A stretch of DNA of 36,762 nucleotides from Gemmatimonadaceae bacterium. Its GTDB lineage: Bacteria > Gemmatimonadota > Gemmatimonadetes > Gemmatimonadales > Gemmatimonadaceae. The position numbers and the translations under genes were made by a program. Positions 9,081-19,433 of the stretch are shown piece by piece. Below the pieces are notes generated by a model. It saw only the letters and a list, made by a program, of their open reading frames with translations, made no database searches and was not told the origin of the DNA. The stretch is taken from contig JBGAJQ010000054.1 of assembly GCA_044224875.1 (NCBI GenBank), positions 1 through 36,762 of the forward strand. Reading direction: 5' to 3'. Position 1 is the stretch's first letter, and every line of letters begins with the position of its first letter.

Positions 9081-10287
9081 GTGAGCTTGAACGCATCCTT
9101 TGCCAAGGACCTGCAGTCGAAGATCGACCAACTCAAGGCCGACAAGGTCTACAAGCGCCTCAATTTCCTGGACTCCCCGCAATCGGCGCGCGTCCAGATG
9201 GAGGGCCGTGGGGAGGTCCTGATTCTCTCCTCGAACAACTATCTCGGACTTTGCGACGAGCCAAGCGTTATTCAAGCGGGCGTCGACGGCCTCAAGCGAT
9301 TTTGGCGCCGGCACCGGTAGCGTGCGCTTCATCTGCGGCACGTACACCATCCATCGCGAGCTGGAGGCGGAGCTGGCGAAGTTCGTGGGTACCGAGTCGT
9401 CGCTCTCCTTCGTGGCCTGCTGGAACGCCAACGAGGCCTTGACGGCGACCATGGTTGAAGCTGGCGATTTCGTCGTGTCGGACGAGCTCAATCACGCATC
9501 CATCATCGATTCCATTCGCCTCGCCAAGGCGATCACAAAGTGCACCACGGCGGTCTACAAGCACGGTGACCTGGACGATCTCGTCGAAAAGCTGAAGGCG
9601 AACGCCGGCGCCCGGCGTCGGGTGATTTGGACGGACGGCGTGTTCTCCATGGAGGGGAGCATCTGCAAACTCCCCGAGCTCCTGCAGGTCGCCCGAGATC
9701 ACGATGCCGTCCTGGTCATGGACGACTCGCACTCCACCGGTGTGCTCGGAACAACGGGGCGCGGGACAGCCGAGCACTTTGGCGTCGTCGGCGAGGTGGA
9801 TGTCATCACCTCGACACTCGGCAAGGCGTTAGGCGGCGCGGCGGGTGGGTTCGTGGCCGGCCCCGAACCCCTGTGCGACATGCTGACGCAACGGTCACGA
9901 CCGCAGCTCTTTTCCAATGCGCTCGCGCCGACGGTGGCGGCCAGCGCCCTGCAGGCCGTGCGGTACACGGTCCAGCACCCGGAACGCGTGCAGAAGTTGC
10001 GCGACAATACGCGGTACTTCCGCGAACAGATCGTGGAGGCCGGCTTCAAGCCGCTGGAAGGCGAAACGCCGATTGTGCCGATCATCATCGGCGAAACCGC
10101 GGCCGCCATCCAGATGAGCAACATGATGCTGGACGAGGGCGTGTTCGTGACGGGCTTCGGGTTCCCCGTCGTTCCGCACGGAACAGCACGCGTCCGATGC
10201 CAGATTTCCGCGGCGCACTCTCGGGACGATCTCGACTTCGCGGTGCGAACGTTCAAGAAGGTCGGCCGCAAGCTCGGCCTGGTCTAG
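9081..10287 (+). CDS. kbl: Glycine C-acetyltransferase (2-amino-3-ketobutyrate CoA ligase), split by a 1-base insertion at ~9300-9303
   Basis: SNNYLGL in the first frame; SVRFICGT, DELNHASIID, DGVFSMEG, DDSH, TLGKALGG, RSRP.LFS in the second; removing one T from TTTT restores KRFGAGTGSVRF; AAGGAG RBS before GTG 9081. Confidence 0.9.
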
Positions 10288-10322
10288 TCGCGGGCAGTCG
10301 GCGAAGGCGCTACCTTCGCCCC

Positions 10323-10790
10323 ATGCGACGTGTGCCCCCCAACCAGCCGACCCCGGCACGCGACGGCCGACTCCATCGTGACGCGCCGCCGCGGGAGGCG
10401 CTCGAAGTCCACGAGGCCGTCAAGCAGATCAACGCGCTGTGGCTGAGCGGTCGCGTCGCGCGACTCAACGAGTTCCTGCTCGCCGATGTCGTGATGGTTG
10501 CGCCGATGTTCGAGGCGCGCCTGGAAGGCCTGCGGGCGGTGATCGAGTCGTTCCAGACCTTCATTCGGAACGCGAGGGTGCACGGCTTCCGTGAGTCCGA
10601 GTTCCAAGTCGACGTCTGGGAGGATTCGGCCATGGCGACCTATCGCTTTGACATGACGTACGACTTCGGTGGCGCCACCTATGAGGAGGCGGGACGGGAG
10701 CTGTGGCTCTTTGTCCGTGTGGACAAGCGGTGGCGACTGGCGTGGCGTCACCAGGTGCCGCTGTCCCGACGCACCATCAGTACGGGTTGA
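10323..10790 (+). CDS. NTF2-like / SnoaL (DUF4440-type) protein
   Basis: W..G....L..LLA.DV, G...., A.ATYRF.M.Y, GRE.WLF.R....WR.AWRH pattern; C-terminal part of ORF 9627..10790. Confidence 0.75.
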   Translation: MRRVPPNQPTPARDGRLHRDAPPREALEVHEAVKQINALWLSGRVARLNEFLLADVVMVAPMFEARLEGLRAVIESFQTFIRNARVHGFRESEFQVDVWEDSAMATYRFDMTYDFGGATYEEAGRELWLFVRVDKRWRLAWRHQVPLSRRTISTG

Positions 10791-10842
10791 AGCTGCCGGC
10801 GTCGCCGGTGGATGCCCCATACACCTTCCCCTGAGGACCATC

Positions 10843-13437
10843 ATGTTGCCTCGTTGCTCTCGTCGAAGGACGGGCGCCCTTTGGGCGCTGGCGATCGCCT
10901 GGCCCCTGTGCGCCCATAGCCAGGGCGCGCCGTCGCCAAGGGCCGCACTGGGTTTCGACGTCGGCGCCGACCGCACGTTGGCCGACTGGCCGCAGATCAC
11001 CCGCTACTTCAGTGCGCTGGCCGCTTCGCCCGCGGTCCACGTCGACACGCTCGGCCCCACCACCAACGGCCAACCGTTCATCCTGGCGGCGGTATCGTCT
11101 CCAGAGAACATCGGTCGCCTCCCGGAGATTCGTGCCAACCAAGCCTTGCTGGCCGACCCGCGGAAGCTCGACGCCGCCACCGAGGCGCGACTGATCCGCG
11201 AGCAGCCGAGCGTGTTGCTGATCTCGTGCAACATCCACGCGAGCGAGATCGGCTCCAGTCAGATGGTGATGGAGCTGGCGTACCGCCTGGCGACGAACGA
11301 CTCCCTCCAGGCGCTGCTTCAGCACACGGTGGTCCTGCTCATCCCGTCGATGAATCCTGACGGCCAGCTCATGATCACCGACTGGTACCGGAAGAACCTG
11401 GATACGCCGTGGGAGGGAGGGCCGCTGCCATGGCTGTATCACCCGTATGTCGGTCACGACAACAATCGCGACTGGTACATGGTGACGCAGAAAGAGACGC
11501 GACTCGTCACCGACATGCTGTATCGCTCGTGGTTCCCCGAGGTGGTGTACGACGTGCACCAGATGGGAAACGAAGGGATGCGCCTGTTCGTGCCGCCGAT
11601 GGTGGATCCGGTTAACCCGAACCTCGACCCGCTCATTGTGCGAGGGATCAACCTGGCGGGTTCCACGATGTCGTTTGCGCTCGAGGAGGAAGGCAAGAGC
11701 GGGGTTGGCGACGGCGTGTTGTATGACATGTGGTGGCACGGTGGGTTCCGGTCGACCCCTACTCGGCACAACATGATCGCCCTGCTGACCGAGGCGGCCA
11801 GCGTCAAGATCGCCACCCCCATCGAGCAGGATCCGTCGTCGCTCAAGGGGCACTCGCGCGGACTCCCACGCTACGAACAGCGGGTGTCATTTCCGAATCC
11901 ATGGCCCGGTGGTTGGTGGCGGCTGCGAGACATTGTCGAGTATGAGCGCATCGCAGCGGAAGCGCTGGTGAAGCTGGTGTCGGATGAACGCGAGCGTTTT
12001 GTTCGTGGGATCGTGCAGATGGGGCGACGTCAAATTGCGTTAGGCACGACGTCGGGTCCACGCGCGTACATCATCCCCCGGAAGCAGCGCGACCCGGGCG
12101 CCACGCGCACCCTCCTGAAGACGTTGCAGGTGGGAGGCGTGGAGATTCACGAATCAGCCACCGACTACGTGATCCGGATGGACCAGCCGTATCGCGCCCA
12201 TGCGAAGGACCTGTTGGAACCGCAGAACTTCCCCAAGCTCGAACGTTGGCCCGGTGGTCCGGTCGAACGGCCGTACGATGTGGCTGGCTGGACCCTGTCG
12301 TATCAAACGGGGGTTGTGGCGAAGCCCTCGCCGGAACTGCCGAACGGGGAGCTGAAGCTGCTGCCTCCGGTGGAGTCGACGCCGTGCACGCGTTGGAGTG
12401 CGACTGGGGCGAAGGTGGGAAGGTTCACGATACTCGACGCTCGGGACACGGAGAGCTACCGGCTGGTGATGCAGGCGCTCAAGGCGGGGTGGGACGTGCG
12501 GCAGGCAACCGAACGGTACGATCCGCGGTTGAACGATGGGGGATATCCGGCAGGGAGCTTTTACGTTGCCCGGCGGGGGGGCCCCCCCACGAGCGTGGAT
12601 TCCTCACTCTTTTGTCGCCCGTCGATCGATGTCCTGCCCAAGCATAGGGTCCTGAAGTCGCCTCCCCGCGTGGCCCTTTACCGATCATGGACCGCCAGCA
12701 TGGATGAGGGGTGGACGCGCTGGGTATTTGACCAGCACGCCGTCTCTTACGTCAGTGTGACGGACTCCACAATCCGCGCCGGGAAGCTTCGTGACCAGTA
12801 TGACGTAATCCTCGTCCCTGACATGAGCCTCCGGGACGCTCGCGTGGGGATGTTGCCCTCCGCCGTCCCGCCGCAGTACGCGGGCGGTCTGGGAGACGAG
12901 GGGCTCAACCAGTTGAAGACGTTCGTCGAGGCAGGCGGCACGTTGATCCTGCTCGACCGTGCGTCAGAGATTGGGACGGCAGTCCTGGGTGTTCCCGTCA
13001 AGCGCATTACCGTGCCGGGACGCATCGAGGATGATGAAGTGGCGGAAGGCGTGGGATCGGGGGGTCGGCGGCGCGAGCCGTTGTACGCACCGGGATCCGT
13101 CCTCCGCACGCTGGTGGATACATCGCAGCGCGTGACAGCCGGGATGCCGGACACCGCCGCCGTGTACTTCACCAACTCGGTCACGTTTGATGTTTCGCCA
13201 GGTTCAACTGTTCGCCCGCTGCTCCGGTATCCGGATCGCAGCACCGACGTCCTCATGAGCGGCTACTTGTCCGGCGCTCAGGAGATCGCGGGCAAGGCGG
13301 CAGCGGTCGAGGCGACCGTCGGACACGGCCGGGTCCTCATGTTTGGATTTCGCGTGCAGTATCGTGGCCAGTCCGTGGGCACGTTCAAACTGCTCTTTAA
13401 TGCGCTGCTCGATGGAGTGACGCCCGTCCAGCGCTGA
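10843..13437 (+). CDS. Secreted M14 zinc carboxypeptidase-family protein with C-terminal GAT1-like domain
   Basis: Signal peptide; IHASE (HxxE), NPDG, GHDNNRDW, DVHQMG, PYDVAGWTL, MDEGWTRWVF. Confidence 0.88.
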   Translation: MLPRCSRRRTGALWALAIAWPLCAHSQGAPSPRAALGFDVGADRTLADWPQITRYFSALAASPAVHVDTLGPTTNGQPFILAAVSSPENIGRLPEIRANQALLADPRKLDAATEARLIREQPSVLLISCNIHASEIGSSQMVMELAYRLATNDSLQALLQHTVVLLIPSMNPDGQLMITDWYRKNLDTPWEGGPLPWLYHPYVGHDNNRDWYMVTQKETRLVTDMLYRSWFPEVVYDVHQMGNEGMRLFVPPMVDPVNPNLDPLIVRGINLAGSTMSFALEEEGKSGVGDGVLYDMWWHGGFRSTPTRHNMIALLTEAASVKIATPIEQDPSSLKGHSRGLPRYEQRVSFPNPWPGGWWRLRDIVEYERIAAEALVKLVSDERERFVRGIVQMGRRQIALGTTSGPRAYIIPRKQRDPGATRTLLKTLQVGGVEIHESATDYVIRMDQPYRAHAKDLLEPQNFPKLERWPGGPVERPYDVAGWTLSYQTGVVAKPSPELPNGELKLLPPVESTPCTRWSATGAKVGRFTILDARDTESYRLVMQALKAGWDVRQATERYDPRLNDGGYPAGSFYVARRGGPPTSVDSSLFCRPSIDVLPKHRVLKSPPRVALYRSWTASMDEGWTRWVFDQHAVSYVSVTDSTIRAGKLRDQYDVILVPDMSLRDARVGMLPSAVPPQYAGGLGDEGLNQLKTFVEAGGTLILLDRASEIGTAVLGVPVKRITVPGRIEDDEVAEGVGSGGRRREPLYAPGSVLRTLVDTSQRVTAGMPDTAAVYFTNSVTFDVSPGSTVRPLLRYPDRSTDVLMSGYLSGAQEIAGKAAAVEATVGHGRVLMFGFRVQYRGQSVGTFKLLFNALLDGVTPVQR

Positions 13438-13469
13438 TTGCCTAACGTCGCGTCAACGAGGTTCAGCGT

Positions 13470-14135
13470 ATGCGCATTGTTCGCACGGTGGCCAGGGCTG
13501 TGGCCTGCACCGCGTTCGTTCCGACCCTGGCGCTGGCTCAAGCGCAAAGTGGCAACGCTTTCAACGATTCGTGGTTCTGGGGCGTCAAGGGCGGCGCGTC
13601 CATGTTCACGGTCGTCGATGGCGCCAGCAAGAAAACCGCGCCCAGCGTTGGCGCCGAGTGGCTCATCACGCGTACTCGCATGGCCCTCAACCTCTCGGTT
13701 GAGCAAATGTTCTTCGACGGCCAGACCGGTGTCTACGACCCGACCGTCTCGGGCTCCATTCGCCCCGTCGACATCAGCGACTGGCGTCGCTACCAGGGCT
13801 CGGTGTTCTTCTTCCCGAAGCACTACGACAATTTCCACCCGTACGCGGGCGTCGGCCTGGCGATCAACGTCATCCAGAACGCGTCCCCCGAAGGACAGTT
13901 CACGAGCCAGACGTCGCAAGACGCCGTCTTCAAGCAGGTCTCTGACTACAGCAGCCGCGCGTCGGTCGTGTTCACCGGCGGCGCTCAGTACTCCGTCGGT
14001 AAGGCCTCGATCTTCGGACAGTTCAACGCGATGCCGACCCGCGATCGTTTCCTCGTGAGCGGCGCCGGCTATACCTTCGGTTTCGAGGGTGGCGTCAGGT
14101 ACAACGTTGGCAACGCCATCGACAAGCTAAAGTAA
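13470..14135 (+). CDS. Outer-membrane beta-barrel protein (OmpA/OmpW-like small barrel)
   Basis: Signal peptide ending AQA; amphipathic strands WGVKGG, HPYAGVG, GFEGGVRYNV; strong codon bias; GAGG RBS. Confidence 0.75.
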   Translation: MRIVRTVARAVACTAFVPTLALAQAQSGNAFNDSWFWGVKGGASMFTVVDGASKKTAPSVGAEWLITRTRMALNLSVEQMFFDGQTGVYDPTVSGSIRPVDISDWRRYQGSVFFFPKHYDNFHPYAGVGLAINVIQNASPEGQFTSQTSQDAVFKQVSDYSSRASVVFTGGAQYSVGKASIFGQFNAMPTRDRFLVSGAGYTFGFEGGVRYNVGNAIDKLK

Positions 14136-14187
14136 GAACTTCCTCATCCTCGCGTCGCTTCCTGGGCAAGGCGAGCGACGCAGGCGT

Positions 14188-14224
14188 AGCGAGCCGCGGG
14201 ACACCGCGGCTCGCTTTGCTTTTC
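14188..14224 (+). terminator. Rho-independent terminator
   Basis: AGCGAGCCGCGG-GACA-CCGCGGCTCGCT 12 bp stem followed by a T-rich tail. Confidence 0.8.
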
Positions 14225-14453
14225 ATTCCGACAAATGGTCGCGCCACGTCACGCGCGTGTTATCTTGCGGCCTCGATGCAAAGCGAACGGATGGTTCTCG
14301 AGATGCCCGCGTGATTGCTGCGCGCAAATGGTCGGCGCGGCGCCCAAGCCCAGAGTGGACGTGTCCGTGATCGCCTGGTTCGGTGGCACCCAGACGGGAC
14401 GACTCGCAGCGGTCGAAGCGATCCTCGGGGTCAACGAGACATCACGTCGCTCG

Positions 14454-16721
14454 ATGGTGCGAAGCTACGCGATCGCGTTCGTGATTGCTGCAGCCGCCAT
14501 CGGTGTTATGTCACTGCGGCCGTCGGAGCTGGCGAACTCCGCGTTCCTGATCCCGACCTGCGCGTTGGTGCTCCAGATCCTGCTGAATCCCGACCTCGGG
14601 CCCAGCTTGCTGGTGGCCGCCACCACCGTTGCAGCCGCCGAGTACTTCATCGTGCCACTGCAAGGGCACCGGCCCCTCTCCACCGGCGCGGATGTCCTGC
14701 GACTGGTGCTCGTCTCGCTGACCGCTTGCGTCGCCGCCGTGTACGGTGCCCAGCGGCAACGCAGCAGCCAGACGACGCGCCGACAGCGCGGGCTCATGGA
14801 GCGCTTGGTCGAGACGGGAAGCGCTCCCATCGTCGTGCTGTCGCGAACCCGCGAAATCGTCTTCGCTAACCGCGCGGCCCAACAAGCGTTGTGCCTGCAG
14901 CCGGCCCCAGAGCACGCGGCCGGCTTCGTTGTCCCGAGCCTGGAGGTCTACGACGCAAGGGAGCGCCTGCTGCCGCCCGCCGAGTGGGTGAGCACGCCGT
15001 CCGAAGAGGCCACGCCGCAAGCCGGCCACCGTCGTCGGATCCGAACCCCAGATGGCGCATCGCGGACGTTCGTCGTCAACAGCTCTCCCATCTTTCACGA
15101 TGACGGTACGATGGCCGGGATCGTGGCGATCCTTACCGACATCACGGAGCTCGAGGGCACCACCGAGGCCTTGAGAAAGTCGACGGAGCTCTGGGAGCAC
15201 GTGTCCGAGGCGATGCCCGGGACGTATTTCCGCTTTCGCGTTGCAGCAGACGGAGCCTACTCGTTCGACTACCTGAGTCCCAACTTTGCCTCGCTCATCG
15301 GCGTCCCCGCCTCACGCGGACGCTACGATTTTGCCGGTGTCTGGAAGTCGTTGCATCCTGATGATGTCGCGGGCGTCGCCGCCGGGATCGACGCCGCGGT
15401 TCGCGCGAGCGGGCCGTGGACCGCCGAGTGGCGGATCATTCTCGAGGATGGCCGCATGCGCTGGATGCGCGGTTCGTCTCGGCCCGATGCCGCATCGCCC
15501 GACGGGTCACGGGTGTGGACGGGCGTGTTCTTCGACATCACGCAGGAGAAGGAACTCGAGCAGCGTCTCCTGCAAGCACAGAAGATGGAGAGCATCGGGC
15601 GCCTGGCCGGAGGGATTGCACACGACTTCAACAACATCCTGACGGCCATTCGCGGGCATGCCGACCTGGCGCTCGACGCGCTCAGCGAATCAGATCTCGC
15701 GCGCGACGGGCTTCGCGAGGTCCGCCGCGCCACCGACCGGGCCGCCGCTCTCACGCGACAACTCCTGGCGTTCAGTCGCCGGCAACAGTTGGAGGTCAGC
15801 GAGTTTAGCCTGACGCAGCTGATGCGGGACCTGGAGAAGATGTTGCGCCGCGTGATTGGCGAGGACATCGCGCTTTCGGTCACCACACACACGGGCAACG
15901 CCATGGTTCGCGCCGATCGCAGCCAGATCGAGCAGGTCGTGCTGAATTTGGTGGTGAACGCCCGCGATGCGATGCCGTATGGCGGACGGTTGAGCCTGGA
16001 GACCTCCGCCGTATCGATCGGCAACGACGAGGGCATGGCGCTCGAGGTCCTCCCCGGCGACTACCTGGAGCTGTCGGTCACGGACAGTGGCACGGGAATG
16101 GATGATTCCACGCGTGCCCGCATCTTCGAGCCTTTCTTCACCACCAAGCCGGTGGGCGAAGGCACTGGGTTAGGGCTGGCCATGGTCTACGGCATCGCGC
16201 GACAGAGCGGTGGTGCGGTGGCAGTCGAGAGCGCACCAGGCAAGGGCTCGACGTTCCGCGTGATTCTTCCGCGCGTCGACGTCACCTCGCCCGTGGGCAA
16301 ACCGGCCGAAGTTTCGGAGCGCGCATCGACCGGACATCACGTGCGGGTGCTCGTGGTCGAGGACGAGACCATGGTCCGATCGCTCGTGGAGCGCATGCTG
16401 ACGGAGGCGGGGTGCGACGTGGTGACCCAATCCAGTGGCGATGAGGCACTGGCATGGGTGCGCGTCAATGGCATGCCGTTCGATGTGCTCCTCACCGACG
16501 TGGTCATGCCGGGCGTGGACGGACCCACCCTCGCCCGACGGCTCGTGGAGCAACGACCTGGCTTGCGTGTGGTGTTCATGTCCGGCTACTCGAGTGCGTC
16601 GCCGGAGATGTTTGATCTGCCGGGGACCCCCGTGGTTCGTCTGGCCAAACCGTTTACGCGGGACGCACTCGTCGGCGCCGTGCAAGCCCAGACGGCGCGA
16701 CGGCACCAAGTCAACGCCTAA
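14454..16721 (+). CDS. Hybrid sensor histidine kinase (TM-PAS-PAS-HisKA-HATPase-REC); start uncertain (ORF open from 14235)
   Basis: AQKMESIGRLAGGIAHDFNN, NLVVNARDAM, DSGTGM, FFTTK..GTGLGL, receiver VVEDE..TDVVMPG..KPF. Confidence 0.92.
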   Translation: MVRSYAIAFVIAAAAIGVMSLRPSELANSAFLIPTCALVLQILLNPDLGPSLLVAATTVAAAEYFIVPLQGHRPLSTGADVLRLVLVSLTACVAAVYGAQRQRSSQTTRRQRGLMERLVETGSAPIVVLSRTREIVFANRAAQQALCLQPAPEHAAGFVVPSLEVYDARERLLPPAEWVSTPSEEATPQAGHRRRIRTPDGASRTFVVNSSPIFHDDGTMAGIVAILTDITELEGTTEALRKSTELWEHVSEAMPGTYFRFRVAADGAYSFDYLSPNFASLIGVPASRGRYDFAGVWKSLHPDDVAGVAAGIDAAVRASGPWTAEWRIILEDGRMRWMRGSSRPDAASPDGSRVWTGVFFDITQEKELEQRLLQAQKMESIGRLAGGIAHDFNNILTAIRGHADLALDALSESDLARDGLREVRRATDRAAALTRQLLAFSRRQQLEVSEFSLTQLMRDLEKMLRRVIGEDIALSVTTHTGNAMVRADRSQIEQVVLNLVVNARDAMPYGGRLSLETSAVSIGNDEGMALEVLPGDYLELSVTDSGTGMDDSTRARIFEPFFTTKPVGEGTGLGLAMVYGIARQSGGAVAVESAPGKGSTFRVILPRVDVTSPVGKPAEVSERASTGHHVRVLVVEDETMVRSLVERMLTEAGCDVVTQSSGDEALAWVRVNGMPFDVLLTDVVMPGVDGPTLARRLVEQRPGLRVVFMSGYSSASPEMFDLPGTPVVRLAKPFTRDALVGAVQAQTARRHQVNA

Positions 16722-17359
16722 CGACTTGGCGTCCGCGCCCCCGAGACCCACGGATTGTCGCGCTCGAAGAAGCGCAGCGGCCACGCCGCCGCCTTGGTGA
16801 TGCCGATGCGCGGTGTGACGCCGATCGATTGCTTGGGAACCCTCTGCCCAGCAAGGATCCGCAGCGGGCCAACGCCCAAGTCGGCGCCGTCGTGCCGGCG
16901 GTCGATGCCGAGAGCCTGACACAACTTCCCTGGACCGTTGGTGAGGTCCCGGTCCCGAGCGACGGCGCGCCGTCGCCGCATGAGCGGCAATCCCGTGAGC
17001 GGCTCCACGGCACGAATCAGCACCGCGGACCCGTGGCCAGTCTCTCGCGTGACGGCGTTCACGCACCAGTGCACGCCGTACACGAAGTACACGTAGGCCG
17101 TGCCGGGTGGACCGTGCAGGCAACGATTGCGAGCGGTCAGCCCGGCGGCGGCATGACAGGCCGGATCGTGGGGACCGAGGTACGCCTCTGTCTCCACGAT
17201 CCGTCCGCGACATACGCCGTCGCGCGTGCGACACTCCAGGACAGCGCCTAACAATTCACGAGCCACGACTTCGGTGTCGCGGTCGTAGAAGGACGCGTCC
17301 AGCGGCGGCCCAAACGCACTCCGCCGCGCCTGAGACGTCAGCGCGGCGGGGCTTTTCAT
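16718..17359 (-). CDS. mpg: DNA-3-methyladenine glycosylase (MPG/AAG family)
   Basis: GRIVETEAY, AYVYFVYGVHWC, AVLIRAVEP, NGPGKLC, RIGI. Confidence 0.93.
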   Translation of the reverse strand: MKSPAALTSQARRSAFGPPLDASFYDRDTEVVARELLGAVLECRTRDGVCRGRIVETEAYLGPHDPACHAAAGLTARNRCLHGPPGTAYVYFVYGVHWCVNAVTRETGHGSAVLIRAVEPLTGLPLMRRRRAVARDRDLTNGPGKLCQALGIDRRHDGADLGVGPLRILAGQRVPKQSIGVTPRIGITKAAAWPLRFFERDNPWVSGARTPSR

Positions 17360-19092
17360 TCGGCGGCTTCCGGAGCGCCTTTCTTTCGTCCGCGCCCTCC
17401 GCGGCGCGTTCGTTTCTTGGCAACCGGCGCCGGTGCCGGCGCTTCGGCGGTCGCGGTCTTTGCCACCGCCGCTTTGCTCTTGGCTGGTGCCTTGGCTCGC
17501 GGCGTGCGTGTGGTACGTCCCTTCTTGGTCGGGGCCGCATCCGTGCCCGCGCTGGCGTCAACGGGAGTGGGCACGGGGGCCGACTCCACGACACCCACCG
17601 CCAGGAGCTCCGGTGGCGGCGCCGGCATCGCGCGTCCACGCCCCGGAATTCCGCGCGGACCCATGCCGCGCGGCGCGGGGGCCGCGGTTGAAGGCGACGG
17701 TGCGGCCGCCGCATGGGCCTGTGCCGCGCGGTTCAACTGCTCGGCCACCGGCGCCACCGCCGCAGGCAGCGCCACGTCGTAGTCGTCCCCATGCCGGCGC
17801 AAGTCCACCACCTCGGCGTCATGCGCGTCACGCAGGATGCGGAAGAAGTTTCGCTCGGCGAGTGACTCCGAATCGCGCCCGAGAAGCTCAAACGCCTTGC
17901 GCCGCACATCGCCGGCCAGCGCCGCACCGTCAGCGCCAACCAGCGCTCGCACCGTGCGAGTCACCAGGTCAAATGCCTCCTGCTTGGTGAGGCGCTCGCC
18001 GCTCTGCCCGATGCCGTCGTTGGCCGTCGGTTTGCTGGCGGCCGGTTCACTGACTACCGCCGGAACGGGTACCGCAGTCTCCCCCGTAACGGTCAGCGAG
18101 GGCTCGCGGGATTCCCCGCGGTCACGCTCACGGTCGCGTCCACGTCCTCGACGTCCGCGGCGCCCGCCACGATCCTCGCGTGAAGGCCGATCCCCGGCCG
18201 ACTCGGCAGGTGCACCGCCATTTGCCGCCCGCGGTGGAGCCGACGGCGCGACGCCGTTCGGTGCGCCGATCCCGTTCACCGCACCGACCTCCAGCTGGCC
18301 GTTCTCGAGCTTGGTGATCGTCACCAACCCGCGCGTGGCCGCTTCCTGGACGAAGCGCGAGAACTTCGACATGCCCAGGTTCTTTTCATCGAACGTGGCG
18401 TCGATGTCCTGCATCACCTGCTTCAACCGGTCCGAGCGCATCACATCGCCGTTCTTCGTCATTCGCGTGACCGCCTCGACCACCAGCTCCCACGGATCCC
18501 ACTTCACGACCTCTTCTTCCGTGGACTTCACCAGACCGGCCAGTGCGTTGTAGCTGTAGTACTCGTCGCAGTTCATCACCAGCAGGTCGCTGGACGACTC
18601 GCGAATCCCCACGCCAATGACGTACTTGCCGTACTCCTTGAGCTTCGTGACCAGTGAGGCGAAGTCGGAGTCGCCGGACAGCAGGATGTAGGTGCCGATC
18701 TCGGCGCGGGTGAAGACCAGCTCCATCGCGTCGACGGCGAGACGGATGTCCGTGGCGTTCTTCTTGGAGGAGCCGTAGGCCGGCGCCATGATCATGTCGA
18801 TCGACGATTCCGCCAGCGGTACGATGTACTGCGGGTACCGGCGCCAGTCGGCGTAGGCGCGCTGGACGGCGACCTTCCCCTTGATGATCTCCGAGGAGAG
18901 CAGGGATCGGAGTTCGCTCGCCAGGTCCGAGCGAATCCCCATGGTCACGTTGTCAAAGTCGATCAGGAGTGCCGCGTTAGGTGCGTGCTGGAGCGGCGAG
19001 GTGAGCTGGCCCGGGGCCATGGCCTGCGGACCGCGGTGGAGTGGCGCGACGGGGCCACGCGAAGGGCCGTGTCGCGACGATCGTGGATGCAT
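17356..19092 (-). CDS. NYN-domain (PIN-like) putative RNase with LOTUS/OST-HTH domains and Arg-rich disordered regions; start 19092 or 19020
   Basis: IDFDNV, RAYADW, KNATDIRL.VDA, LSGDSDF, CDEY; OST-HTH-like LKQ.M...D.TFDEK.LG.SKF. Confidence 0.88.
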   Translation of the reverse strand: MHPRSSRHGPSRGPVAPLHRGPQAMAPGQLTSPLQHAPNAALLIDFDNVTMGIRSDLASELRSLLSSEIIKGKVAVQRAYADWRRYPQYIVPLAESSIDMIMAPAYGSSKKNATDIRLAVDAMELVFTRAEIGTYILLSGDSDFASLVTKLKEYGKYVIGVGIRESSSDLLVMNCDEYYSYNALAGLVKSTEEEVVKWDPWELVVEAVTRMTKNGDVMRSDRLKQVMQDIDATFDEKNLGMSKFSRFVQEAATRGLVTITKLENGQLEVGAVNGIGAPNGVAPSAPPRAANGGAPAESAGDRPSREDRGGRRGRRGRGRDRERDRGESREPSLTVTGETAVPVPAVVSEPAASKPTANDGIGQSGERLTKQEAFDLVTRTVRALVGADGAALAGDVRRKAFELLGRDSESLAERNFFRILRDAHDAEVVDLRRHGDDYDVALPAAVAPVAEQLNRAAQAHAAAAPSPSTAAPAPRGMGPRGIPGRGRAMPAPPPELLAVGVVESAPVPTPVDASAGTDAAPTKKGRTTRTPRAKAPAKSKAAVAKTATAEAPAPAPVAKKRTRRGGRGRKKGAPEAAE

Positions 19093-19395
19093 GTACTCAA
19101 GCTGGTGTCGTGTGGCGGGCGCAGTGCGCGCCCCGGCTCCCCGCTGCACACCGGGCCGCGCCACTGCGATGGACGCGCGCCGAGTCGAGCGGAGCGTGAT
19201 CGATCACTCGGCAGCTGGTTCGGAGCACCGAACCGACGTTGCGACTGCCGGTCTCATCCGAGGTCCGCCGCTCGCGCGCACCGGCTCCCCGCGACCTCGC
19301 GGAGCTACCTGTGTCGCAAGCGCCGTCGTCCTCTGTTGGCGCAGGGGCACTGGCGTACCCCCACCACCACATCGGGCCGACCCCGGCCGGACGAG

Positions 19396-19406
19396 CTAAT
19401 CTAACA
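19396..19406 (-). promoter_or_regulatory. Possible extended -10 promoter for the NYN-mpg unit
   Basis: Minus strand TGTTAGATT (TGn + TAGATT) in an AT-rich patch just downstream of yjbQ. Confidence 0.35.
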
Positions 19407-19433
19407 GCTTTTTGGCGCCAATTGACCTGCCCC

